Origin: Clostridia bacterium
GTDB lineage: Bacteria; Bacillota; Clostridia; Christensenellales; CAG-138
Direction of reading: 5' to 3'
Assembly (NCBI GenBank): GCA_017525875.1
Contig: JAFXSG010000045.1
Location: forward strand, 12,276 to 76,275
Length of the DNA stretch: 64,000 nt
Below, piece after piece: positions 30,388 to 39,358 of the stretch (positions are counted from its first letter, which is position 1; each line of letters opens with the position of its first letter). The translations under genes and the position numbers were made by a program. Below the pieces are notes generated by a model. That model searched no databases. It was given only the letters and a program-made list of their open reading frames with translations, and was not told the origin of the DNA.

Positions 30388-31883
30388 TAATAATCCTCGC
30401 CCCAGCCGTTTGAGGATCTGCCCGATATCCTCGAGCCGTCTATCGCGTTGATTATCATAAATCTACAAGCGTCGAAAAGCTCGTCGGTGTAACCGGTTAC
30501 ATATGGATAGAGATCGCCGTCCACTATCTCCTCGCCGCAGAACATCCATGCGGGCACCACGGTATAGCCGCCCCCGACCGACTGTATGGCGCAATAAACG
30601 AGCTGGATCCTTTTGATCCTTAACTCCACCGTCCCCTTCTTTGCGCCTTCGCCCTTGAAGTTTTCAATGGTGTATTCGACCTTTGCCTGACGGCAGAAGG
30701 ATTCATATGCCTCATCGAAGCTCAGCATGGAAACATTCTCGTTTTCGACCGTTCCGAGCTCCCAGCTGTTCTTCATAAAGGCATAGCTGACGCCGTCGTT
30801 CGTCACGACCACAGTCAGGTGTGCGTCATTCTGAACGCGGGCGTACTCGTTCACGATGCCCGACTTCACGATGGGCACGCCGTTTATCGCCTTGCAGAAA
30901 TAGAAACTATATCCCAAGGGCTTTTCGCCGGGCTCGGAGCTGTACCATTCGTGTGCCTTCCCGGGCAGCTCTGTGCTGTTGTAGTGCGGCGTGACCCTGT
31001 AAAGTACGTAATCATCGAAGCCCGCTTTTTTAACAAAGTCCTCGGCGGTCTCGCGGGCTTCATCGACAGTGCAGTTGATCTGCGGCCATGCCCAGTTATC
31101 GGAATCTCCCCAGTACTTATCCCCGTATGTGTAAGTCAGAATGGAAGTATGGACCGAATGGTCATATTGATCCATATAATACTCTTCAACAATCCTGATC
31201 CTTTTTCCGTTCGAGTCGGTACCAAACGCTATCGAAAGTCGCTTGTACGTGTCGCTGCCCCAATCGACCGGGTTGAAATACGAAGGCGGTTGGAGCATGA
31301 AATCCGCGGGAATTGGATCGGTGCTCTGGGGGTTCTCTCTCGCTTCGTTTATGAGCCTCTGCGTTTGGGGTATGATATTGTTTTCATAATCCGCTTTCAC
31401 CTCAGCCGCTGTTTTCTCGGCTTCCTCCTGTGACAATCCCTCATCGATATAATGCTTCACAAGCTTATCCCAATCGGCGATGAAAGCGCGGTACTGCTCA
31501 AGCCTTGCCTCAAGCTCCTCGATCGAGACCGCGGCTCTCTTCTGATAAAACTCCACGTCGGGATGTATCCCCTCGGCGATTCTCCTCCCGAAACCGTCGG
31601 CTATCGGCGCAGCCTCGGCACGATAGACGGGGAATACGTTTGTTTCGGGCTTGACTATTTCCGCGCCGACGTTCACCGTCACGTTGGTATCGAGGCAAAC
31701 GAAGCTGTCTGTCTTGTGATCGGGATCCTCGCGGACAACGTCGGTCGGCAGAGGTGTGGCGTTGATGGCTTCATTCATCTGCTCGTCGTTGCCGGAGATC
31801 ACCGGAGGCTTTTCCGGCGTCGGCTGACAGGCCGAGAGGCACAGCATAACGGCGCAAATGAATATGATAACAAACTTTTTCAT
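30384..31883 (-). CDS. lipoprotein, function unknown
   Basis: MKKFVIIFICAVMLCLSAC lipobox, followed by a 480-aa soluble domain. Confidence 0.6.
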   Translation of the reverse strand: MKKFVIIFICAVMLCLSACQPTPEKPPVISGNDEQMNEAINATPLPTDVVREDPDHKTDSFVCLDTNVTVNVGAEIVKPETNVFPVYRAEAAPIADGFGRRIAEGIHPDVEFYQKRAAVSIEELEARLEQYRAFIADWDKLVKHYIDEGLSQEEAEKTAAEVKADYENNIIPQTQRLINEARENPQSTDPIPADFMLQPPSYFNPVDWGSDTYKRLSIAFGTDSNGKRIRIVEEYYMDQYDHSVHTSILTYTYGDKYWGDSDNWAWPQINCTVDEARETAEDFVKKAGFDDYVLYRVTPHYNSTELPGKAHEWYSSEPGEKPLGYSFYFCKAINGVPIVKSGIVNEYARVQNDAHLTVVVTNDGVSYAFMKNSWELGTVENENVSMLSFDEAYESFCRQAKVEYTIENFKGEGAKKGTVELRIKRIQLVYCAIQSVGGGYTVVPAWMFCGEEIVDGDLYPYVTGYTDELFDACRFMIINAIDGSRISGRSSNGWGEDYY

Positions 31884-31964
31884 AGCAAATCTCCTTTCTC
31901 TGCCTTCCCCTCGAGGGAAAGGTGGCGCGCAGCGCCGGATGAGGTGGCTTTAAATGCAATTCAG

Positions 31965-33290
31965 TTAATCGGTTATGCTTATGACTTCTCCCGTTTCAGC
32001 GTTGACCTGAGCCGTCCACGAGGCGATTGAATAGTTAAATTCTATTGTATAAACGGTGATCATTCTGTCCCCGCTGCCCGTTGTTCCGATGCGTATGGTC
32101 AGCGCTTCGATATCGGAAGGCGAGGCTCCGATCCCTTTGAGCACGGCGTTTACGGCAACGTTTTCCGAAACGAGCCTTGTGCGGTGGCTCGGCGTGAGCC
32201 CGTAATACGAGCTCCAAACGGGACACTTGAAGATCTCCGCGCCGTTTCCGTCGGCGTTCACGCGGACATCGTATTTCATTTCGCTGTCGCGGAACTCCAC
32301 CCAGTAGACGAACTCTCCGTTTTCGATACAGAGATCGGAAATCAGCTCGAAGGTGGTATTGGGTTCTCGGGAATTGACGCGGTAGGCGTCGACGGCGGGA
32401 GTGACGTATTTGCCGCTGACGGAAACAAGGAACGCATCCTTATAGCCCGCCGCATCGAGCGCCTTGGCGACGGCCTCTGCGGAGGATATGATGCTTGTCT
32501 TGGGCGTGCCGATGTGCATCACGTCCGCGGCCTTGGGATCGAGGAGCATATTGAGTTCCGAAATGTTCAGCATAACGAGCTCGTCGAAGCTGTAATAAGG
32601 GATGGACTCCGCAACCTTATTGATGAGCATCGCCTTTCCGAGAGTAATCCCGTACCTGTCCGCAAGCTTTTCAAGCTCCGCGTCGTGCACGGCTGTCATT
32701 CCAATTACCGCTCCGCCTCCCTGTGGGATCATGGCTTCGTCTATGACGGAGACGAGCCTGCGCGTCAGCTCCTCGGCCTTCGCTTCATCCTTATCGTCGA
32801 CCGTGACGAGCACGGAATTCGCAAACTCGTTCAGGTAGCTGTTCCGCACCATCGAGCCGATCAGCGCGTTTACGGCAAGATCGAGCGGCACGCCCGAAAA
32901 ATCCATTGAACCGACGACCTTTTCGGCGTCCCCGTTGAGAGGCACGACGGCGACGACGCGCTCATTCCGATTGAGCTTGATCTCAATGGACGGATTCACG
33001 TCGAGGGATACGGTATTGCTGACGGTCTTTTGCAGGAGCTTTGTCCCGACCGTATTTATGGCTCCGCCGAGGAATACAAGCGCCAGCGCAGCGGCGGCAT
33101 AGGCGTACCAAGGGATACGCCTATGCTTCGGAACGGAGCGGGTGTTATTTGCAGTTCGCTTTGCTCCTTCGGCGTCGGTCAGGCATTTATCAATAATTTG
33201 TTCATCGATATCGGCTATCGCGTCGAACATTCTGTGCTCATCCATTTTATGATCCTTTGCCTTTGCTTTGCAAAGGCCTCCTTTCTTCAT
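31965..33290 (-). CDS. single-pass membrane protein, anti-sigma-factor-like
   Basis: Short N-terminal cytoplasmic segment, TM YAYAAAALALVFLGGAI and an external domain. It lies directly downstream of the sigma-region-4 protein. The start is uncertain (ATG at 33290, 33245 or 33230). Confidence 0.5.
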   Translation of the reverse strand: MKKGGLCKAKAKDHKMDEHRMFDAIADIDEQIIDKCLTDAEGAKRTANNTRSVPKHRRIPWYAYAAAALALVFLGGAINTVGTKLLQKTVSNTVSLDVNPSIEIKLNRNERVVAVVPLNGDAEKVVGSMDFSGVPLDLAVNALIGSMVRNSYLNEFANSVLVTVDDKDEAKAEELTRRLVSVIDEAMIPQGGGAVIGMTAVHDAELEKLADRYGITLGKAMLINKVAESIPYYSFDELVMLNISELNMLLDPKAADVMHIGTPKTSIISSAEAVAKALDAAGYKDAFLVSVSGKYVTPAVDAYRVNSREPNTTFELISDLCIENGEFVYWVEFRDSEMKYDVRVNADGNGAEIFKCPVWSSYYGLTPSHRTRLVSENVAVNAVLKGIGASPSDIEALTIRIGTTGSGDRMITVYTIEFNYSIASWTAQVNAETGEVISITD

Positions 33291-33371
33291 GATATTTGCC
33301 GGTTTCGCGGCAGCGAAATTGACGCGCCGTCTGCGGCAAAGGCAAATTCATCAAGTTTGAAAATCCCATTT

Positions 33372-33824
33372 TCAAACTTTTTCCTCCCTCAAGTATTTTT
33401 TGAGCTTTTGGACCGTTCTGGAAAGTCTGCTTCGTACTCTGTTTTCGCTTATGCCGTAGTATTCGGCGATCTGGGCGTTCGAGTTCAAAAGGTAGTATCT
33501 TCGGATGAACATCCCCGCGTCCGGCTGCGGGAGCCCCTCGGCAAAGCGACCGATCAACCGGGACAGCCGCTCGCGCGGGATCTCGCACCCCGGTGGAACG
33601 CAGGCTTCAAGCTCCTCGAAAACGCAATCCTCACGCCGTATCAGAGATTCCACGGGGACGGACAGCGCATCGGCGATTTGCAGGAAAGTTCCGTAGTTCG
33701 GACGGCGCAGGCCGTTCTCCCATTTGGAAATCAGCTCGCGCGAAACAAAGAGCTTATCCGCAAGCTCCTGCTGAGTGATATTCGCTTTTACCCTCGCGTC
33801 CGCTATTTTTCTGCCGAAGTCCAA
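33372..33824 (-). CDS. XRE-type HTH fused to a sigma-70 region 4-like domain
   Basis: TTG start after GGAGG. N-terminus ANITQQELADKLFVSRELISKWENG (XRE HTH); C-terminus MFIRRYYLLNSNAQIAEYYGISENRVRSRLSRTVQKLKKYL (ECF region 4 pattern). No region 2 is present. Confidence 0.7.
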   Translation of the reverse strand: MDFGRKIADARVKANITQQELADKLFVSRELISKWENGLRRPNYGTFLQIADALSVPVESLIRREDCVFEELEACVPPGCEIPRERLSRLIGRFAEGLPQPDAGMFIRRYYLLNSNAQIAEYYGISENRVRSRLSRTVQKLKKYLREEKV

Positions 33825-34000
33825 CTCAGCGCCTCCATCCGCTTTTCTTTACAATGGAATTGTATCATACTCCGGCGGATAATACACGGTACAATTCGCA
33901 CGGAAATAATGACAAAAGAAATAAGGGCTTTGCGAGTTAGCTTAATGCTAATGCAACTGCCCTTAATCTATTATTGGCCAAGTTCCAATGTGGAGCTTTT

Positions 34001-35374
34001 TCAAAAATCATATTTCCTTGTGCAATTGATGCAGAAACCGTTTCCGGCATAGTTGCTTTCCGTTAGCGGATCGCCGCAGTACGGACAATAACCATATTCC
34101 CCGGAATCCGAAAGCCTGTCTGAATAGGAGAGTTCTTTGATTTTTCCTCTTGCTATCTTTGCTGCCTCAAAACTGTCATCATCTTCAAAATCATAAAAGG
34201 ATTCTACCTGCCGTTCGACTGTAACGAAAATTTTGCCTTCAAAAACATGATCCCTTCCCTCCGAGCAAATTACCTCTTTGGTATCATCGTCACGTCCCCA
34301 ATAATCATAAGATACACCTTCCATCCTAACCATGAATATGAACTCATAGATAACCAAATATTCTTCCCGATCAACACGGTGAGCCGAAACAAACTCGTGA
34401 TAGGTAATGTCACATTCATCTATTCCCTCGGTTCCAATGTGGGCAGAATCTTGAATTATATAGTCTTCGGAATTATACATCAGATCGACTACCACTTTAT
34501 CAAATACCCGATCCGCTATTCTGTCACAATAATCTGCATCAGTCATTTTCAGAGCAAGTTCTACTGTATCAGTTTTCGCAATTGAGAACGATAATGAAAC
34601 ATCAGAAAAGAAATCGCTGCATTTCATCGGAACAATCTGCTGCCCTGTTTTATTGAACTCGTCCATTAGTTGTGAATGGAAACATGAGCCGTTTCCGTTT
34701 ATCTCCCACCAATCCTCCTTTGCATCGTCGGTAACAAAAATAACGTCTATTCTTTCAGCTCTAGCATATCTCAAGATTTCTTTCCAGATAAATAAGTCGC
34801 TATATTTGCGCACTCCATCCTTTTTAGCATCTTTATAACCTGGGGGAGTCTGTTTTTTATATCTCTTCTCTCCTTCATCACACCACATGTAAATCTCATC
34901 GTGTGTGAGTGGTTGCATTACCGATAAGGAAGTAACGAGTTGGTTAAGGCGATCGGTACCGTTCCAATAATGCTGTGTCAAATCAATGGAGGTATGATCT
35001 TCATAATAGTTTTCCAGCACTTTCAAAACAGCATCCATTTTTTCACTCAAAGAACTTTCCAGTAAATCCACATCGGGATACTGGAGCCTTGTAAGGTTTG
35101 CGCAGGAACCAAGTATTTTGGTTTTTGCATTATTAATTTGCTTTTTCGGCTCGTCTACTGTTGTTAGAAAGCGTTTTCCCATTTCCGCGTAAGCAGATCG
35201 GTAGTGACGTGAATACTCTAAAAATACCGTTGCAGGAAGGACTACATGTTCTGCTACGGCTTTTATGCATTCCAATGCGAACTCCGAAAACTCTGGTGAG
35301 TACCTATATGTATTCAGCAGAACATTAGTGTCAAGCACAACTATGTGAGTTTCCAGCAGGTCTTTAATTGACAT
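34001..35374 (-). CDS. PIN-like domain protein with C-terminal zinc ribbon (third gene of the Gabija-like operon)
   Basis: 457 aa. N-terminus VVLDTNVLLNTY, then PPGYKDAKKDG...SDLFIWKEIL...DVIFVTDDAKEDWWE (PIN-like/DUF4935-type pattern). C-terminus CPYCG...CINC. Its start lies 21 nt after the helicase stop. Confidence 0.7.
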   Translation of the reverse strand: MSIKDLLETHIVVLDTNVLLNTYRYSPEFSEFALECIKAVAEHVVLPATVFLEYSRHYRSAYAEMGKRFLTTVDEPKKQINNAKTKILGSCANLTRLQYPDVDLLESSLSEKMDAVLKVLENYYEDHTSIDLTQHYWNGTDRLNQLVTSLSVMQPLTHDEIYMWCDEGEKRYKKQTPPGYKDAKKDGVRKYSDLFIWKEILRYARAERIDVIFVTDDAKEDWWEINGNGSCFHSQLMDEFNKTGQQIVPMKCSDFFSDVSLSFSIAKTDTVELALKMTDADYCDRIADRVFDKVVVDLMYNSEDYIIQDSAHIGTEGIDECDITYHEFVSAHRVDREEYLVIYEFIFMVRMEGVSYDYWGRDDDTKEVICSEGRDHVFEGKIFVTVERQVESFYDFEDDDSFEAAKIARGKIKELSYSDRLSDSGEYGYCPYCGDPLTESNYAGNGFCINCTRKYDF

Positions 35375-35395
35375 TTTTTCAGTTCCTTTCTTGTT

Positions 35396-36538
35396 TTAAT
35401 CAGAGATGATATATTTTAGCGCACGAATTGATGTGTTTCCACATGCAATCATAGTTTCCTCGTAGCCGCTCAATGCCTTAGGTAATTTCTTAAAAGCAAT
35501 AGCAATACTGTATTTGGGTCTAGTGACAGCAACATAGTATTTTTCGGGAGAGGAAAGGACTGTTCCTTTCATTACGAAATCCGTAAGCGGGCCATTTGGG
35601 ACAATTAAAACTCGTTCATAGGTTTCACCCTTGCAAGCCCCGAAGTTCACAGCAAATCGTCCATAGTTATCAAATGTTTTATCATACCGCAAAACTTGAG
35701 GGGAGTAAGCAGCGAGATAAGCAGATACATCAGAGACTGCAATAAGGAAAACACCATCATGGTCTGTTTGGTCTGTCATAATAGTAGTTATGGGCTCTCC
35801 AACAGGGAATATGCTGTTTGCAAAGCAACATATTTGTTGGTTGAATCTTCGACTCGAAAGGTTTCTTTCAACTATGACAGAACCATTCTTTTCCATCTCA
35901 GAGAAGAACTGCCAAATGTTTTTCCCAGTCTTTCCTTTGTTTTTCTTTGTGTTATGTGTACTAAATGTTGCCTGCTTGTTATCTCCACAAAACACAACTC
36001 CAATTGAGGAGTTGATAAGCAAACGGATAATTTCTAAATCATCTCCAACCATATCCTGTATTTCATCAAAGAAAATGGTGGAATAGACCATCTCCAATCG
36101 GGTAATAACCTTACCGTTACTTAGTGAATTCAGCAAGCACGCCAAGGATGCTCCTTCGTTAGAACGCACGTTTTTAGAATCAGTAAGATACCTTCTGATG
36201 GTACCAGCCTTTGCATAATTAATGTAGCCGTATGACTGTGAATAATCAAATCCCTTAACTCCCCCAACTCTTTGTGTTAAGTATCTTTGATATGGTTTTA
36301 TCAATTCTGACAGCATGAAGACATACCATGTTTTCACAATAACAAGGGGATGCAAAACCCCGTCATTTTGCAGCCGTATTTCGTTTCGTACAGATTCAGC
36401 ACCACGGTTTGTATAAGTTGTTATTAGAACTCTGTTACCAGACCTTGCCTGTTCCAGTGCACTATTACAGATATCATATGTCTTGCCTGAGCCCGCGGCC
36501 GACATTTTTGCAATGTTATTCAAAGAAATTGATGGCAT
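35396..36538 (-). CDS. gajB: short UvrD-like SF1 helicase (GajB-like)
   Basis: Motif I AAGSGKT, Ia TYTNRGA, II IFFDEIQD, III CGDNKQATF, V ACKGETYERVLIV, VI YYVAVTRPK. Start at 36538 overlaps gajA by 23 nt; ATG 36505 is the alternative. Confidence 0.7.
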   Translation of the reverse strand: MPSISLNNIAKMSAAGSGKTYDICNSALEQARSGNRVLITTYTNRGAESVRNEIRLQNDGVLHPLVIVKTWYVFMLSELIKPYQRYLTQRVGGVKGFDYSQSYGYINYAKAGTIRRYLTDSKNVRSNEGASLACLLNSLSNGKVITRLEMVYSTIFFDEIQDMVGDDLEIIRLLINSSIGVVFCGDNKQATFSTHNTKKNKGKTGKNIWQFFSEMEKNGSVIVERNLSSRRFNQQICCFANSIFPVGEPITTIMTDQTDHDGVFLIAVSDVSAYLAAYSPQVLRYDKTFDNYGRFAVNFGACKGETYERVLIVPNGPLTDFVMKGTVLSSPEKYYVAVTRPKYSIAIAFKKLPKALSGYEETMIACGNTSIRALKYIISD

Positions 36539-38132
36539 CCTGAATGTACTGGGGGTAGCAAATAGAGCTTTCAGACTCAAAAACTCTGAATGCCCATTCA
36601 ACCTTATTCCCTTTCATAAAATCAAGAATTCCTGTATAGTCTCTGGACTCAAGAGACCCGTCTTTGGATATTATGGATTTGAACGCCATATGAGGTTGAT
36701 CACCGTCGCAGTTTACAGCAAGCACGCTCGGCTCAATAGTGTTAAGATGCTCGTTCTCTTCGTAGTAGAAGTGCAAATTGTCGTGTTCGATGTACTCAGC
36801 ATACTTTTTTCGTATATTTTTGTCGATATCTCCGTCGTTATCGGTGACAATCACAACGTCCTTGCCGATTAAATTTGCTATATCTGCAAAACGTTTGAAT
36901 GCTAAAGAGCCTACCGAAATGATATCGATCCCATCATCGAAAGGAAGACGCCCATATTTATCCTTATAAGCGCGTTGAATAATCAGATCATCGGTTGGCC
37001 CTTCTACTAAAACAACTCTTGTCGCCAAAGCAAAGCGCAAGGTATCATAACCAGGCAGTTTTGTAAAGTATCGCTTTGTTTCTGCTGGCAAATCACCATA
37101 TGATTGCACCTGTCCATCGCGAACAAGAATAACATTACCCAAATCGAGTTTATTGGCGATATAACTGCTATGGGTAGAAATAAAAACCTGCTTATCAGAA
37201 GATTGTACAACATGTTTTACAAGACGAGTCATGTTTGAGAAAGAGAGATTGTTTTCTGGCTCTTCCATAAGGACTACATTAGCTTGATTATCCGCATTTC
37301 TAAGAGCAAGTTCTATTTTGATGCTGTTTTGCGTTCCAAAACCAATTTGCTCGAAAGGTATTTCATCGACTACAATGGACATTTGTTTCTTCCATGCATT
37401 GACATCGTCTTCCCGCAAGTCAAGAGATACAGTTCGGCCTTTTATTATCTTGCTTGTTTTTACAGCATCATTAAGCTTTTGAACCACATCATTTTCTCGG
37501 AATTGTCTTCTGCTTGCATTATATGCCACAGCAAGATTGGTCAGTTCGTCTTCGGTTAAATTATCAGAAATGCTGTCTGAAACAAAATGATCGACAATTC
37601 CAGCGTATTCTTTTCGTGTTGTATCAATGGTTATACATTTAAAGGGGGATAACCGGAAAGAGACGGTGGCTCCGCTAAAATAGTGGTAAGTGACACCATA
37701 AAGCTCGACCGGAATGTCTTTGACTTTTCTTTCAGACAACATTTGCCTATATGCCTCTGTGTTTGAGTCGAGAATATCAACTACCACACGAATGCCAGCG
37801 GCATCTTCGGATAATTCGTTTTCAGTTCCCTGGTAAATGGGATCGCCATCAAAGTACGCTTCAATAATAATTCGTGGGGGCGCTGGGTTAAGCCCGAGTG
37901 CCATATTAGCAATGAATTCATCACGTATATCTCTGTTGAATAGATTTGCTTTAAGCTGACGATCAAAAGCTATTCCGTTCAGTTTCCCAGTAGTTGCAAT
38001 TGAAAGCGCATCAAGGAGCGTACTCTTCCCGGCATCATTATCACCGACAAAGATGTTAATCTTTGGGTTTAGTTTGATTACGCTATCCTTAAGCAGTTTA
38101 TAGTTCTTAACAACAAGTTTTTTTATGGTCAT
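36516..38132 (-). CDS. gajA: OLD-family ATP-dependent endonuclease (ABC-type ATPase plus TOPRIM; GajA-like)
   Basis: N-terminus LVVKNYKLL...IFVGDNDAGKSTLLDAL, LMEEPENNLS, and C-terminal TOPRIM VLVEGPTDDLI...VVIVTDNDGD. Start MTIKKL at 38132, preceded by GGGAGG. Confidence 0.8.
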   Translation of the reverse strand: MTIKKLVVKNYKLLKDSVIKLNPKINIFVGDNDAGKSTLLDALSIATTGKLNGIAFDRQLKANLFNRDIRDEFIANMALGLNPAPPRIIIEAYFDGDPIYQGTENELSEDAAGIRVVVDILDSNTEAYRQMLSERKVKDIPVELYGVTYHYFSGATVSFRLSPFKCITIDTTRKEYAGIVDHFVSDSISDNLTEDELTNLAVAYNASRRQFRENDVVQKLNDAVKTSKIIKGRTVSLDLREDDVNAWKKQMSIVVDEIPFEQIGFGTQNSIKIELALRNADNQANVVLMEEPENNLSFSNMTRLVKHVVQSSDKQVFISTHSSYIANKLDLGNVILVRDGQVQSYGDLPAETKRYFTKLPGYDTLRFALATRVVLVEGPTDDLIIQRAYKDKYGRLPFDDGIDIISVGSLAFKRFADIANLIGKDVVIVTDNDGDIDKNIRKKYAEYIEHDNLHFYYEENEHLNTIEPSVLAVNCDGDQPHMAFKSIISKDGSLESRDYTGILDFMKGNKVEWAFRVFESESSICYPQYIQDAINFFE

Positions 38133-38229
38133 TTGCTCTGCCTCCCTTTTGCCTATTCCTAAGGACAATCAGAATTATGCCGCCTTGATCCAAAGCGAGA
38201 TTGAAACAGCTTGGTTCTATGCTCCAAAT

Positions 38230-38258
38230 AATATAGCATTTTCTCCCTTCGTTTTCAA
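38230..38258 (-). promoter_or_regulatory. sigma-A type promoter of the defence operon
   Basis: Minus strand reads TTGAAA, 17 bp, TGcTATATT (extended -10), about 90 nt upstream of the gajA start. Confidence 0.5.
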
Positions 38259-38285
38259 GACAACGAAAGATGTTTGTAGGCAGAA

Positions 38286-38319
38286 TAGCAAAAAGCGATG
38301 GAGCTTGAAGTCCATCGCT
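38286..38319 (-). terminator. rho-independent terminator after the tnpV-like gene
   Basis: Stem agcgatgga/tccatcgct, followed on the minus strand by TTTTTGCTATT. Confidence 0.65.
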
Positions 38320-38355
38320 TACATAAGTGGATAATTCTTTTCGTCAAGTCAGTTG

Positions 38356-38706
38356 CTACTTGAGCACTATTTCTCGGATAACCTGTCCTTCAGCTCTCAC
38401 TCGGCAGGAGTTCATCGCGTGTATCCAGCCGAGCTGATTCCATGCTTTGAGGTCTTCGGTGACGCCTTCGGCTTTGGCGAGCTGGGATGTAATGAGGTCG
38501 ATCTGTTCCATAGCTTGTTGGTTAATGTCGATAAGGTGCTGTGTCAGGGTGTTCTCCATCAGCATCAGCGCAAAGGTGTCGGGCTGATGCTCCCTCAAAA
38601 ACTTCTTCCGCATCCGTCCAAATCGACCAATATCACCGGTCGGCTGGGGAGGGAGCGTGAGGTCGGGATAGTAATAGTCTCCGTGCTTGGTGTAAGTGAT
38701 TTCCAT
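38356..38706 (-). CDS. tnpV: TnpV-like transposon protein
   Basis: MEITYTKHGDYYYPDLTLP...GRFGRMRKKFLREH...LIDINQQAMEQ...KAWNQLGWIHAMN matches my memory of the TnpV family of Tn4451-type elements. Strong RBS AGGAGG. Confidence 0.7.
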   Translation of the reverse strand: MEITYTKHGDYYYPDLTLPPQPTGDIGRFGRMRKKFLREHQPDTFALMLMENTLTQHLIDINQQAMEQIDLITSQLAKAEGVTEDLKAWNQLGWIHAMNSCRVRAEGQVIREIVLK

Positions 38707-38721
38707 GTGAGCATCCTCCTT

Positions 38722-39012
38722 TTATGATTCAATGAATTCTTTGATGGGTTCCTGCATCGCTTCCAGCAGGCCGGTCATAATCCCCGCGATGAGAGGGACG
38801 GCAATCAGCAGACCGCTGACGGTCAAAAGTTGTAGCATGAGATCTTTTGAGCCAAGGCCGATGATCAGCAGGATCAAGTCATATGCGAGCAGCAGTCCTC
38901 CGCCTATCGCGAGCACGAACGCCGCCGCACTCGCAGCGAGCTTGAATACGAGCTTCAGTATCGCCAGCAGCAGCAATATCAGGGCAAGCAGTATTCTGAA
39001 AACGGTCCGCAT
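38722..39012 (-). CDS. small three-TM membrane protein
   Basis: Hydrophobic 96-101-aa ORF. Start probably MRTVF (39012), 7 nt after GGAGGA; the track ORF extends to 39027. Confidence 0.5.
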   Translation of the reverse strand: MRTVFRILLALILLLLAILKLVFKLAASAAAFVLAIGGGLLLAYDLILLIIGLGSKDLMLQLLTVSGLLIAVPLIAGIMTGLLEAMQEPIKEFIES

Positions 39013-39173
39013 AGTCATATCCTCCATTCATGATTCTGAAAATATGATAGCAGACCGAATTCGTTTTGACGAATGTGCGAGATGCTTTTCTCAAAAAGAA
39101 AACCGAGACAAGCGTAATGCTTATCTCGGGATTTCTTTGCCTTTTCCTGTGCGCTATAATCTGATTTGGATTA

Positions 39174-39196
39174 CTTCCTTATCAGGAGCGCGGGTG
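39174..39196. repeat. right terminal inverted repeat / recombinase half-site
   Basis: CTTCCTTATcaGGAGCgcgggtg mirrors the left end (12986-13006). Confidence 0.6.
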
Positions 39197-39233
39197 TGGC
39201 TGCTTTTCTTTGCTGGCTGCCGAACCTGGATTC
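39197..39233. repeat. displaced copy of the tRNA-Gln 3' end (T-loop to CCA) plus proximal terminator half; 37-bp exact copy of 39384-39420
   Basis: tggctgcttttctttgctggctgccgaacctggattc is identical at both sites. Confidence 0.9.
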
Positions 39234-39358
39234 CTTTTCGCTCATCGGCTCTCGTTCTCGCTCACTCCGCTTCGTACTCGGCCTGAGGCGAAAATCCGGC
39301 CGCGGCGAAAGCAACACCGTTGCTTCCGCTGATCGCGGCTTCGAATCCAGATGATAAA

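Noticed and set aside
39234-39358. Possible degenerate tRNA in the 125-bp spacer (contains ggcttcgaatcc)
   Set aside because: I could not fold a cloverleaf. There is no matching acceptor or anticodon arm on either strand.
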